Source: Candidatus Krumholzibacteriia bacterium | Lineage (GTDB): Bacteria > Krumholzibacteriota > Krumholzibacteriia > JAJRXK01 | Direction of reading: 5' to 3' | Assembly: GCA_041484665.1 (NCBI GenBank) | Contig: JBGPIA010000002.1 | Span: 728,287 to 792,286, forward strand | Length of the DNA: 64,000 nt | Notes under the pieces: generated by a model | What the model was told of the DNA's origin: nothing | What the model saw: only the letters and a program-made list of their open reading frames with translations | The model's database searches: none | Shown here: positions 20,401 to 28,852 of the stretch, piece after piece | Layout of the letters: each line of letters starts with the position of its first letter | Numbering within the stretch: the first letter of the stretch is position 1 | Program-made: the position numbers and the translations under genes

Positions 20401-21090
20401 CTAGCAGCGGCGAATCACGCCCGCGAGCGCACCCAGAACCCGCACCTCCCCCATTTCCGGCGTGACCAAGATCGAGGCCAGCGAGGGATTCTCCGGCTTG
20501 AGCTCGATGAACCCCTCGCGCTTGTAGAAACGCTTGAGCGTCACCTCATCCTCGATCAGCACGACGACGATCTCGCCGTTGCGCGCCACGGGCTGCGGCC
20601 GGATGAGGATGAGGTCGCCGTTGCAGATGTGGGCATCGATCATCGAGTTGCCGCGTACGCGCAACAGATAGGTGCGCGGATCGCCCACCAGCGTGGCATC
20701 GAGGTGCAGCTCGCCCTCGCGCTGCTCGGCAGCCAGGATCGGACGGCCAGCCGCCACGTCGCCGATCAGCGGCACGGTGACCGTGCGCGGGCGGCTCCCG
20801 GGCGCGCCCGCCGCAGACGAAGACTGGTCGAGCGCGAATGGCTCGCCATCGGAATCCGGGACCGGGACTGCGTGCAGCACCTCGATGGCGCGGGAGCGCA
20901 CGCGGTCGCGGCGGATGTAGCCCTTCCGCTCCAACCAATCGAGGTGGTCATGAATGGTGCGGGTGCTGGTGAGGCCCATGACCCCACCCAGCTCCCGCAC
21001 CGTCGGAGGGTAACCGTGCTCATCGAGCCAGCGGCAGAGCGCGCGAAGCACGTCCTTCTGACGCGGCGTCAGCTCCCTTGGTGTGCTCAC
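20401..21090 (-). CDS. lexA: SOS-response repressor LexA
   Basis: 'LTPRQ...GYPPTVRELG...HL..LERKGYIRR...SRAIEV', cleavage site 'VAAGRPI', catalytic Ser 'GNSM' and Lys 'VTLKRF'. GTG 21090 overlaps the upstream stop (GTGA). Confidence 0.96.
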   Translation of the reverse strand: MSTPRELTPRQKDVLRALCRWLDEHGYPPTVRELGGVMGLTSTRTIHDHLDWLERKGYIRRDRVRSRAIEVLHAVPVPDSDGEPFALDQSSSAAGAPGSRPRTVTVPLIGDVAAGRPILAAEQREGELHLDATLVGDPRTYLLRVRGNSMIDAHICNGDLILIRPQPVARNGEIVVVLIEDEVTLKRFYKREGFIELKPENPSLASILVTPEMGEVRVLGALAGVIRRC

Positions 21091-22625
21091 GTGCCCCAAC
21101 CCTCCAGACCGAGATCGAGTTGACGTTCAGGTTCGCCCGTGACGAGCGCCCGGCCGCGTCCTCCGCGGCGGCCCGCCGCGGCTGGCATGCGCACGATCGC
21201 GTCGCCGGCGGACGCGTCGCCGGCCCGGCCTGCGCGGGTCCGCCCGCGCGGCGGCGCGACGGATCCCTCAGCGTGCAGCTCCAGCTCGAACCAACCCAGC
21301 GCACGGCGGTCGGCCTCATCAAGGCTCACGCAGGGAACGCCGTCCAGGTCGCGCGCCAGCGGAGCACGCGCCCACAGTGGCTCGCCGCTGAAGCAGAACC
21401 GGCGTCCTGGGTGCGCGGGCGCCTCCGAGCAGGCGGCCAGCATGCCGGCGTCGATCCACGGAACCAGCCGCGCCGAGAGCCGGGGCCAGACCGCTGCCTG
21501 CACCGCGACTGTCAGCCTGCGATCCCACTGCTGAAGCGCGGTGGCGAGCGCGGTCGCGGCGGATCCGGCTGCCTGGGGCGCGGCGTCCTCGGCAGGCCGG
21601 CGGTCGGTGAGGCCGAGCAGGTAGGCGCAGACACCTTCGAGCTCTTGCAGGGGTGCGCTCACGCGGACCGAAGGGAGAGGTGCCAGCGTTTGCAACAGGG
21701 CCGCCGCGCGCCGCAGCAATGGGCTGACGTGCCAGGCGTAGAGAGCGCGCAGCTCGGACTCGGCCGCCGTTCGCCATGCCGCCGGCAGGCGCTCGAAGAG
21801 AGTGCGCTCGCGCAGCAGGCTCCCGCGGTGAAGCAGATCGCGCAGCCCGGGGACATACGCCTCGTCGGGAAGCCGGTGCTCGCGGTCGAGCTGGAAGTCG
21901 GTCCACAGGAGCGGCGCCGGCTGCGTGGATGGTGGTGGGAACGCGGGTGACATGGATTGCGGGGGCGCGTGCGGCGTCGCGACCGGCGTCGCGTTCGACA
22001 TCGCGGGCGCCATCGTGGCGGCCATCCTCGGCGACAACAGCGCGGTCAGGTCCTCTGGGCGCGCCAAACGGATGGCGGGCAGACGACACTCCCGCGCCAA
22101 TTGCACAAGCGGATCGTCATCGGAGGCCTCCAGTGGCACGGCCAGGGCCACGCGATCGATTCCGAGCCGATGCACCCAACGCTGTGCGCGTTCGAGGCGG
22201 GAGGCCGCGTCATCAGACGCGGGCGATCCAAGCACGTCACCCTCCACACCCAGTAGTGCGAAGGGATGGTCGGTGCTGGCGGAGTCGGGGACCTCCAGCC
22301 CCATCCCAGCCTCGGCCAGCAGCCGGGCTAGCGCGGCGTCGCTTCGCGCGACCCAGAGGATCTTCGCCGGGTCGCCGAGCCCGCCGGTCGCGAGCGGGCG
22401 CGCGGGCAGCCAGCGCGCTGGAAGCATCGGGCGACGCCGCCGGGCTGCGGCCTGCAGCAGCGCAAACAGCCCGCGGCCGTGCTCGCCGAACTCGACCAGG
22501 AGGCCGTCCCCCAGGTTCTCGTCCAGGAGCTGCAGGATCTCGTCCGCCCCGTTTCCCGGCTGTTGCCAGGAGGCGTCCACGACGATGAGGGTCATCGGCC
22601 GGTGGACCTTCTGCTCGTCACTCAA
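21087..22625 (-). CDS. Highly divergent, shortened, probably catalytically inactive DnaE (Pol III alpha/DnaE2)-like protein with a C-terminal beta-clamp-like motif
   Basis: Colinear DnaE-like blocks (see finding). TTG 22625 overlaps the dinB stop with SD AGGAGGAGGAG; alternative ATG at 22595. Ends ...RQLDLGLEGWGT. Confidence 0.72.
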   Translation of the reverse strand: MSDEQKVHRPMTLIVVDASWQQPGNGADEILQLLDENLGDGLLVEFGEHGRGLFALLQAAARRRRPMLPARWLPARPLATGGLGDPAKILWVARSDAALARLLAEAGMGLEVPDSASTDHPFALLGVEGDVLGSPASDDAASRLERAQRWVHRLGIDRVALAVPLEASDDDPLVQLARECRLPAIRLARPEDLTALLSPRMAATMAPAMSNATPVATPHAPPQSMSPAFPPPSTQPAPLLWTDFQLDREHRLPDEAYVPGLRDLLHRGSLLRERTLFERLPAAWRTAAESELRALYAWHVSPLLRRAAALLQTLAPLPSVRVSAPLQELEGVCAYLLGLTDRRPAEDAAPQAAGSAATALATALQQWDRRLTVAVQAAVWPRLSARLVPWIDAGMLAACSEAPAHPGRRFCFSGEPLWARAPLARDLDGVPCVSLDEADRRALGWFELELHAEGSVAPPRGRTRAGRAGDASAGDAIVRMPAAAGRRGGRGRALVTGEPERQLDLGLEGWGT

Positions 22626-23929
22626 GCCACTCCTCCTCCTGCTGCTATCTCGCTCCGGCTCCGTTGCCGACGTTCGCCATCGGCGGTGTCGGCGTCCCTC
22701 TTCCATGCCTCCCAACGCACGTCCTCTTCCGACCCGTCCCAGCGGGGCGAGGTTGGGCGCAGCAGCGCCGTGGCGCGCGCGATAGCCTCCGCACCGTAGC
22801 GTTCGTGCACCCCGTCGAGCACTGGCTCCAGCCGCGACCACGCCTGGGCAGCGCGGCTGTCGAAGAGATCCGCCTGCCAGGCCGGCGCGGCCGTGAGCTG
22901 GCACATCCCGATGCCGATGAGGCGGACCGGCGTGCGGTCCCAATCGAGGGCGCGCAGCATGCGCCGCCCCGTGGCGAACAGAGCCCGCTCGGAGTCGATG
23001 GGACGCGAAAGTGTCGTGCGGCGCGTCACGGTGCGGAAGCTACGGTCGCGGATCTTGAGCTGGACGACGCGGCCCAGCATGCCTGCGCGGCGCATCCGGT
23101 TGCCGACCTTCTCACAGAGGTGCAGCAGCGCCGGCTCGAGCACGCGCGAGCCGACGACATCGCGGGCGAAGGTCTCCTCGTGGCTGATGCTCTTATTCTC
23201 GCGGTCGGGGACGACCTCACCCTGTTCGCGGGCGCAGACCATATCCTGCAGCGCGAGGCCGGTGGTGCCGAGGGACTCCTGCAGCACGATTCGCGGGGTC
23301 CGCGCAATGTCTCCGCCGGTGCGCAGCCCCAGCAAGTGCAGGTGCTCGCGCAACTTGGGGCCCACCCCCCACAAGCGCTCCACGGGCAGCGATTGGAGGA
23401 ACGCGGGGCCAGCGCCATCAGCGATCACCACGAGGCCGCGAGGCTTGCGCAGGTCGCTGGCGATCTTGGCAATGCGGCGGGTCTCCCCCATTCCGATCGA
23501 AGCCCAGAGGCCGGTCTCCCGGAAGATGCGGTCACGCAGCCGCTCGCCGAAGGACTGCCAGGAGCCGTCAGGTGCGTGCAGACGATCGCAGCCCGACAGG
23601 TCCAGGAAGGCCTCGTCCAGGGAAAGGGGCTCGACCAGAGGGGAGACCGACCGCAGGATCGCCATGACCTCACGGCTCTTCTGCGCGTAGCGGCGGCCAC
23701 GGCCCGGCCGCAGGACCAGCTGGGGGCAGAGTCGGAGGGCCTGCGCGGTGGGCATGGCGCTGCGCACGCCGAACTCCCGGGCCGGGTAGGAGGCCGCCGC
23801 GATCACTCCTCGCGCGTCGGCGGCACCGCCGACGGCGACGGGCAGGCCATCGAGCTCGGGGAAGTCGAGGACCTCGACGGCCGCGTAGAAGGCGTCCATA
23901 TCGACGTGGGCGAACCAGCGTGCGCGCAT
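22622..23929 (-). CDS. dinB: DNA polymerase IV (Y-family)
   Basis: 'HVDMDAFYAAVE', 'SYPAREFGVRSAMP', 'SLDEAFLD', 'AKIASDLRKPRG', 'LWGVG', 'KSISHEETF', 'VRLIGI' and clamp motif 'QADLF'. ATG 23929 has SD GGAGAA. Confidence 0.96.
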   Translation of the reverse strand: MRARWFAHVDMDAFYAAVEVLDFPELDGLPVAVGGAADARGVIAAASYPAREFGVRSAMPTAQALRLCPQLVLRPGRGRRYAQKSREVMAILRSVSPLVEPLSLDEAFLDLSGCDRLHAPDGSWQSFGERLRDRIFRETGLWASIGMGETRRIAKIASDLRKPRGLVVIADGAGPAFLQSLPVERLWGVGPKLREHLHLLGLRTGGDIARTPRIVLQESLGTTGLALQDMVCAREQGEVVPDRENKSISHEETFARDVVGSRVLEPALLHLCEKVGNRMRRAGMLGRVVQLKIRDRSFRTVTRRTTLSRPIDSERALFATGRRMLRALDWDRTPVRLIGIGMCQLTAAPAWQADLFDSRAAQAWSRLEPVLDGVHERYGAEAIARATALLRPTSPRWDGSEEDVRWEAWKRDADTADGERRQRSRSEIAAGGGVA

Positions 23930-24004
23930 CGTGCTTCTCCGTGATGGCCGCGCTTCCATCCAGCACCCACCGACGAGGCGCTTCGTGGAGAGCGAGACGT
24001 ACCA

Positions 24005-24056
24005 CAAACCGATGTTTGCCAGACAGCAATTTAGCAAACGGTCGTTTGGCTGTCAA
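24005..24056 (-). promoter_or_regulatory. Sigma70 promoter of dinB-dnaE*-lexA with two putative LexA operators (CAAAC-N4-GTTTG)
   Basis: Minus strand: TTGACA (24056-24051), 17-nt spacer, extended -10 TGC-TAAATT (24033-24028). Palindromes CAAACggtcGTTTG (24035-24048, in the spacer) and CAAACcgatGTTTG (24005-24018, downstream of the predicted +1). Confidence 0.85.
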
Positions 24057-24224
24057 GCCCCCTCTTCATTTGGAATGGGGATGGGTGAGAGCCTGGCGGC
24101 GGGCCTGGCGCCCGCGCGACCGGTGGCCCGACCGACCGACCGACGGGTCGGCAGCTAGGCCGCGGGTCCGGCCGCCAACCCCGGATACCACCCGAACGTG
24201 CTGGCCGACTCGGCGATGGCTCAT

Positions 24225-24273
24225 ACTTTGCATTGAAAAGCACTTGACAGCAATCGGCGATCGATGCTCAACT
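24225..24273 (+). promoter_or_regulatory. Imperfect operator ACTTTG-N5-aAAAGc plus promoter (TTGACA ... TGC-TCAACT) for the membrane protein/wHTH operon
   Basis: ACTTTGcattgAAAAGC at 24225-24241 abuts TTGACA at 24244-24249 and resembles the perfect copy at 25341. Confidence 0.55.
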
Positions 24274-24280
24274 GAGGGCC

Positions 24281-24895
24281 ATGAAACCCACGCGCGGCAC
24301 CGAGTCCGTGAACGAAGATCCCGTCGCGTTGCACGACACAGCGGCGGACAACCTTCGCTACATCCGTCAAACGATGGAGCGCGCATCTTCGTTCACCGCC
24401 GTCCCTGGGTGGGGCGGTGTCTGGATGGGAGCCACGGCACTGGCCACGGCCTTCATCGCCGCGCGCCAGCCTACGCCGGGGCGCTGGGTGCTGGCCTGGC
24501 TGGTGGAGGCGGCTCTAGCCGTGGGAATCGCGCTGGTGGCGATCGTGCTGAAAGCCCGGGCTACGGGAGTCTCCCCGCTCGCGGCACCGCACCTGCGATT
24601 CGCGTCGAGCTTCACGCCGTCACTACTGGCCGGCGCCGTGCTGACAGCCGCCCTGGTGGCGATGCGTCAGTACGACCTCATCGCGGGGGTGTGGCTTCTG
24701 TTGTACGGGACCGGATTCGTCGCGGCGGGCACACTCTCCATCCGCCTCGTACCGGTCATGGGCGCAAGTTTCATGGTGCTGGGCGCGGCGGCTCTATTTG
24801 CGCCGCTGGGCTGGGGCACCGCGTTCATGGCAGCCGGGTTCGGCGGGCTGCACGTCAGCTTCGGGTCGATCATCGCCAGGAGGCACGGTGGCTAG
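24281..24895 (+). CDS. Integral membrane protein (about 6 TM) commonly paired with a winged-helix regulator
   Basis: 'AADNLRYIRQTMERASSFTAVPGWGG', 'WLLLYG', 'GFGGLHVSFG'. Hydrophobic helices. Confidence 0.85.
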   Translation: MKPTRGTESVNEDPVALHDTAADNLRYIRQTMERASSFTAVPGWGGVWMGATALATAFIAARQPTPGRWVLAWLVEAALAVGIALVAIVLKARATGVSPLAAPHLRFASSFTPSLLAGAVLTAALVAMRQYDLIAGVWLLLYGTGFVAAGTLSIRLVPVMGASFMVLGAAALFAPLGWGTAFMAAGFGGLHVSFGSIIARRHGG

Positions 24896-25283
24896 GTCGA
24901 GGGCAATCAAACGCGACGATCGCACGCGCGGACAGCACGGCGCCGAGACATCACCCGGCCGCGAAGGGAAGGCGCCTGCAACGCCGCTCTCGCTGGACCG
25001 GCTCATCCACGAACGGACACGCCTGGGGATCGTGAGCGCGTTGGCGGCGAGCGGTCCGCTTACGTTTCTGGAGCTCAAGCGTCAGCTCGCGCTGACCGAC
25101 GGCAACTTGAGCGTCCATGCGCGCCGCCTGGAGGACGCCGGCTACGTCGACTGCACAAAATCGTTCGCCGGGCGCATCCCGCGGACCGAGTACCGGCTGA
25201 CCGAGCTCGGTCGCAAGGCGCTCGGAGGCTACCTCTCCCACATGGAGGCTGTGATCAAGGCGGCGCGGCGCGCAGGGTCTTAA
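24888..25283 (+). CDS. Winged-helix (HTH_34, MarR/ArsR-like) transcriptional regulator
   Basis: 'LDRLIHERTRLGIVSAL...LTDGNLSVHARRLEDAGYV...KSF.GRIPRTEYRLT..GR.AL'. GTG 24888 has SD AGGAGG. Confidence 0.92.
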   Translation: MARSRAIKRDDRTRGQHGAETSPGREGKAPATPLSLDRLIHERTRLGIVSALAASGPLTFLELKRQLALTDGNLSVHARRLEDAGYVDCTKSFAGRIPRTEYRLTELGRKALGGYLSHMEAVIKAARRAGS

Positions 25284-25340
25284 CGCGGCGCGCGGCGGGC
25301 CTGCCGCGCCCGGGCGACTGTCTCTTTTTTTTGGCTCCAG

Positions 25341-25357
25341 ACTTTGTGATGCAAAGT
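25341..25357. promoter_or_regulatory. Perfect palindromic operator ACTTTG-N5-CAAAGT
   Basis: ACTTTGtgatgCAAAGT, 21 nt upstream of the ATG at 25379. AT-rich island in a GC-rich background. Confidence 0.7.
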
Positions 25358-25378
25358 ACTTGAATCGGAGGAAGCTCC

Positions 25379-26077
25379 ATGCACCACTTCGCGTTCAATT
25401 TCCAGGGCAACGCCGTGCTGTCGGTCCTGACGTTCCTGGGGACCGGCGCGCTGCTGGCGCTGTGCCTGCTCATCGCGGTCGTCTGCTTCGCACGCAAGCA
25501 GCCGGTGATGGCACGCCGCATCGGGCTGACGGCTGCCGCGATCGTCGCGGTGTACGGCGTCCTGCTGGTGGGTAGCTCGGCGCTCAGCAAAGAGATCGTG
25601 CTGTCGCCGCACGACGAGAAGTACTTCTGCGAGGTTGACTGCCACCTCGCCTATTCCGTCCAGGGCGTCCAGCACGCGCGCACGCTTGGTCCGCCCGAGA
25701 AGTCCGTGACCGCGCGCGGTGAGTTCTGCGTCGTCACACTGCAGACCCGCTTTGATGAGACCACGATCAGCGCCCACCGCCCCCGCGAAATGCCGCTGTG
25801 GCCCAACCCGCGGTACGTGCAGATCCAGGACGAGCGCGGGCGGCGCTTCGAGGTATCGCTCGACGGGCAGCAGGCTCTCGACGCCACCCTGCGCGACCAG
25901 GCACCGCTCTCGCGGCCACTCCGCCCGGGCGAGAGTTACACGACCCAGCTGGTGTTCGATTTGCCGCAGGACGTCCAGCATCCACGCCTGATCCTCAGCG
26001 AATCGGACTGGCCGACGCGGCTCCTGATCGGCCACGAGAACAGCCTGTTGCACAAGCGGACGTACTTCGCGCTTTGA
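25379..26077 (+). CDS. Hypothetical membrane protein (2 TM plus a DUF4352-like extracytoplasmic beta domain)
   Basis: SD GGAGG, two N-terminal TM helices, 'LRPGESYTTQLVFDLP'. Confidence 0.75.
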   Translation: MHHFAFNFQGNAVLSVLTFLGTGALLALCLLIAVVCFARKQPVMARRIGLTAAAIVAVYGVLLVGSSALSKEIVLSPHDEKYFCEVDCHLAYSVQGVQHARTLGPPEKSVTARGEFCVVTLQTRFDETTISAHRPREMPLWPNPRYVQIQDERGRRFEVSLDGQQALDATLRDQAPLSRPLRPGESYTTQLVFDLPQDVQHPRLILSESDWPTRLLIGHENSLLHKRTYFAL

Positions 26078-26235
26078 GCGCGGCGGGCCGCGCTGCATGG
26101 CCAAGCCGCCCAATTCCCGGTACGCTCTCCCCCGCCGCAGGCCGACACCGAGTGGGCGCTCGGGCAGGCGGGTTCCGCCCCGCTGTTGCGGCACCCCGGG
26201 CATCGAGCGGAGATCGGCAGATCGAAAGGAACGAG

Positions 26236-26907
26236 ATGACGTCGACCGAGCAGCTCTTCATCGCGGTGACCACCGGTGATGTCGAGACCGTGCGCCAGAT
26301 GGTCGCCACCGATCCGCCGCTCGCGCATGCGCGGGACAAGGATGGCGTGTCGGCCATCCTCAAGGCGGCGTACCACCGCAGGCCGCCGGTACTCGAAGTG
26401 CTGCTGCAGTCGACGATCGAACCACTGGACATCTGGGAGGCCGCCGCGACGGGCAACGCGGCGCGCGTGAAAGCGCTTCTGCAGTCCGATCCCACCCTGC
26501 TCAATGGCTATGCGACGGACGGCTTCTACCCGCTGGGGCTCGCAGCGTTCTTCCGGCAGCAGGAGGTGGCCACGGTGCTGCTGGCCGCCGGGGCCGATGT
26601 GAACCAGAGCGCTCGCAACGCGATGCGGGTGCGTCCGCTCCACGCGGCCGCGGCCGCCGATCACGTCGAGATCGCGCAGATGCTGCTCGAGCGCCGCGCC
26701 GATCCCAACGCGGCGCAGCAGATGGGATTCCGCCCGCTCCACGAGGTAGCGCTGCTCGGGCGGATGCCCATGGCCAAGCTGCTGCTCGAGCACGGCGCGG
26801 ACGTCAACGCGCGCAGCGACGACGGCAAGACCGCGCTGACCTTCGCCCTGCAGGGCAAGCACGAGGAGATGGCGCGCTACCTGCGCGAGCGGGGCGGCAC
26901 CGAGTAG
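26236..26907 (+). CDS. Ankyrin-repeat protein
   Basis: Repeated 'G..PLH.AA..G......LLL..GADVN' units. ATG 26236 follows AAAGGA. Confidence 0.92.
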   Translation: MTSTEQLFIAVTTGDVETVRQMVATDPPLAHARDKDGVSAILKAAYHRRPPVLEVLLQSTIEPLDIWEAAATGNAARVKALLQSDPTLLNGYATDGFYPLGLAAFFRQQEVATVLLAAGADVNQSARNAMRVRPLHAAAAADHVEIAQMLLERRADPNAAQQMGFRPLHEVALLGRMPMAKLLLEHGADVNARSDDGKTALTFALQGKHEEMARYLRERGGTE

Positions 26908-26923
26908 CGGCCGGCCGAGGAGC

Positions 26924-27739
26924 CTAGGAGCTCAGCCGCGCGATGATCTCCTCGTGCAGCGCTTTGCCGCACGACGTCACCAGGCTGCCCGCGTAGACGA
27001 CACCGTCGCGCTCTCCCGACAACGAGGACACGACGCCGCCCGCCTCCTCCACGCAAGGCACCAGCGCCGCGATGTCCCACGGCTTCATCACCGCGTCGAT
27101 GGCCGCGTGCACGCGGCCCTGGCAGACCAGCCCGTGCTGCAAGCAGTCGCCGACGAACTTGAATCTGCGAGCGGCGTGGATCAGCGCCGTCAGGTTGTAG
27201 CTCGGGCGGTCGGTCGTATTGTGGATGTCGGAGGCGTGGACGCCCGACGCGGAGACGAACGCGTCGGTCAGCTTGGGGGCGCGCGCCACCTGCACGCGCA
27301 CGGGCGCGGACGACGGATGCTTGAACCAGCACCCCTCCCCCTTCGCCGCGTAGAGTGTCTCTCCCAGCGCGGGGAAATGCGCGACCCCCACGATTGGCTG
27401 CTCGTCCTCCAAGAGGGCGATCAGCGTGCCGAAGGTCGGCAGACCGAGGGCGAACCAGACCGTGCCGTCGATGGGGTCGAGCACCCAGCGGTGGCGGCGG
27501 TCCGAGTGGAGCTCGCCGCCCAGCTCCTCGCCGAGCACGTCGTGGTCGGGGTAGCGGCTCGCGATGACCGCGCGCATGGCCTTCTCGGCCTCGATGTCGG
27601 CCTCGGTCACGTCGGAGCCGTCGGGCTTGCTGCGGACCGCGCAGCGGCGATAGCGCGGCATGATCTGCTGCTCGGCCACCTGGGCGAGGCGCAGCGCGAA
27701 GGTCAACAGCTCGTGCTCGCTCATAACTTGGGCTCGCAT
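26924..27739 (-). CDS. Inositol-monophosphatase family protein (HisN-like histidinol-phosphatase)
   Basis: 'VTEAD..AE', 'GEE', 'WVLDPIDGT', 'KPWDIAA....VEEAGG'. Confidence 0.9.
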   Translation of the reverse strand: MRAQVMSEHELLTFALRLAQVAEQQIMPRYRRCAVRSKPDGSDVTEADIEAEKAMRAVIASRYPDHDVLGEELGGELHSDRRHRWVLDPIDGTVWFALGLPTFGTLIALLEDEQPIVGVAHFPALGETLYAAKGEGCWFKHPSSAPVRVQVARAPKLTDAFVSASGVHASDIHNTTDRPSYNLTALIHAARRFKFVGDCLQHGLVCQGRVHAAIDAVMKPWDIAALVPCVEEAGGVVSSLSGERDGVVYAGSLVTSCGKALHEEIIARLSS

Positions 27740-27806
27740 CCGGCCTGAATCGCTCGGCTGCGTGTGGATGCGACGATCGACGACCTCTGCGCAGACTGCG
27801 CCTCCG

Positions 27807-28763
27807 TCAGAAGGCCTGGTACTGGAGCCCGATGGTGACCGACGGTCTCACATCCTGCTCGCCAAAGAGGTTCGTGTAGAAGGGCACCTGACCGCGGACG
27901 AACAGCCAGAGATCGCGCGCGGCGTTGAAGTAGACGCCAGGAGCCACCGACAGCACGGTGCCGCCGGTATTGTCCACCGCGGAGGTCACCGTCCCGTCGG
28001 GCTCGGTCGCCTTGTCCGCCCTGGCGTAGCGGCCGTCGACCCCCAGGTCGAGCGCCACTCTCTGGATCGGCCGGCGCTGCCCATGGAAGCTCCACAGGAC
28101 GGCGTCACCGAATTTGTAACGGCTACCGTCGAAGTAGGAGGCTTGCGTGCGGCGGCGGTAGGTGAGGCTGGCGAAGCCGTTCCAGCTGCCCTGTTCGTAT
28201 CGGTAGTGCAGGCCTGCGAAGGGGCCCCAGCCGCCCGTGCCGAGTTGGCCGTGCGGGTCTACGAGCGTGCCGTCGGCGCTCTTGGCGTTGTGCCTTCCGG
28301 TGGGAATTGCGGTTCCCGCGGCGATCGCCATCTCGTGCACGCGCCCCGTGCCAAAGTCCACCGACCTCCAGGCGGCCCACCGCGCGGCTACCTCGGCATC
28401 GCCAACGCCCGTGAGGTTGGAGTTGATGACATCCTCACCGCCGCCGACGGTGTGGATCATCCTGTTTCCCAGCGGCAGGGTGGCGATCAGCGAAAGGACT
28501 TCGAGTGGCCGATACACGGCGTTGAAGCGGTAGGACCACTGGGTGAGCTTGTCGGTGAAGCCTGGCGCGCCGTCAGTTCCAGCGTCGATGCGCAAGTACT
28601 CCGTATCGACCTGGAACCGGAGCTGTCCGGTGATGGCCGCCGGATCGGTCGAACTCAGCAGCGGGTCGCCACAACCACAGACGGAGCAGGCCGATGCGGG
28701 GTTCGCAAGCGAGCTTCCCAGCGCGGCGAGCGCGAGCCGGGCGGCCAGTCGGCGATGCATCAT
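27807..28763 (-). CDS. Putative outer-membrane beta-barrel (MetA-pathway/transporter-like) with N-terminal CSVCGCG motif
   Basis: Signal peptide ending ASA-C, 'GVGDAEV', 'IPTG', 'QLGTGGW', 'NTGGTVLSVAPG', amphipathic strands, C-terminal 'LQYQAF'. Confidence 0.75.
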   Translation of the reverse strand: MMHRRLAARLALAALGSSLANPASACSVCGCGDPLLSSTDPAAITGQLRFQVDTEYLRIDAGTDGAPGFTDKLTQWSYRFNAVYRPLEVLSLIATLPLGNRMIHTVGGGEDVINSNLTGVGDAEVAARWAAWRSVDFGTGRVHEMAIAAGTAIPTGRHNAKSADGTLVDPHGQLGTGGWGPFAGLHYRYEQGSWNGFASLTYRRRTQASYFDGSRYKFGDAVLWSFHGQRRPIQRVALDLGVDGRYARADKATEPDGTVTSAVDNTGGTVLSVAPGVYFNAARDLWLFVRGQVPFYTNLFGEQDVRPSVTIGLQYQAF

Positions 28764-28852
28764 GTCGGAAGCCTCTCGGAGCAGCCGTTGATCGGCCGGC
28801 TGGACGACGCAACGCAGGGGATCGTCGCGTGGTCGCGTTGCCAGCCGTACGC

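Noticed and set aside
25288..25332. GC hairpin followed by a T tract as an intrinsic terminator
   Set aside because: The T run is separated from the stem by more than 10 nt, which is not canonical geometry.
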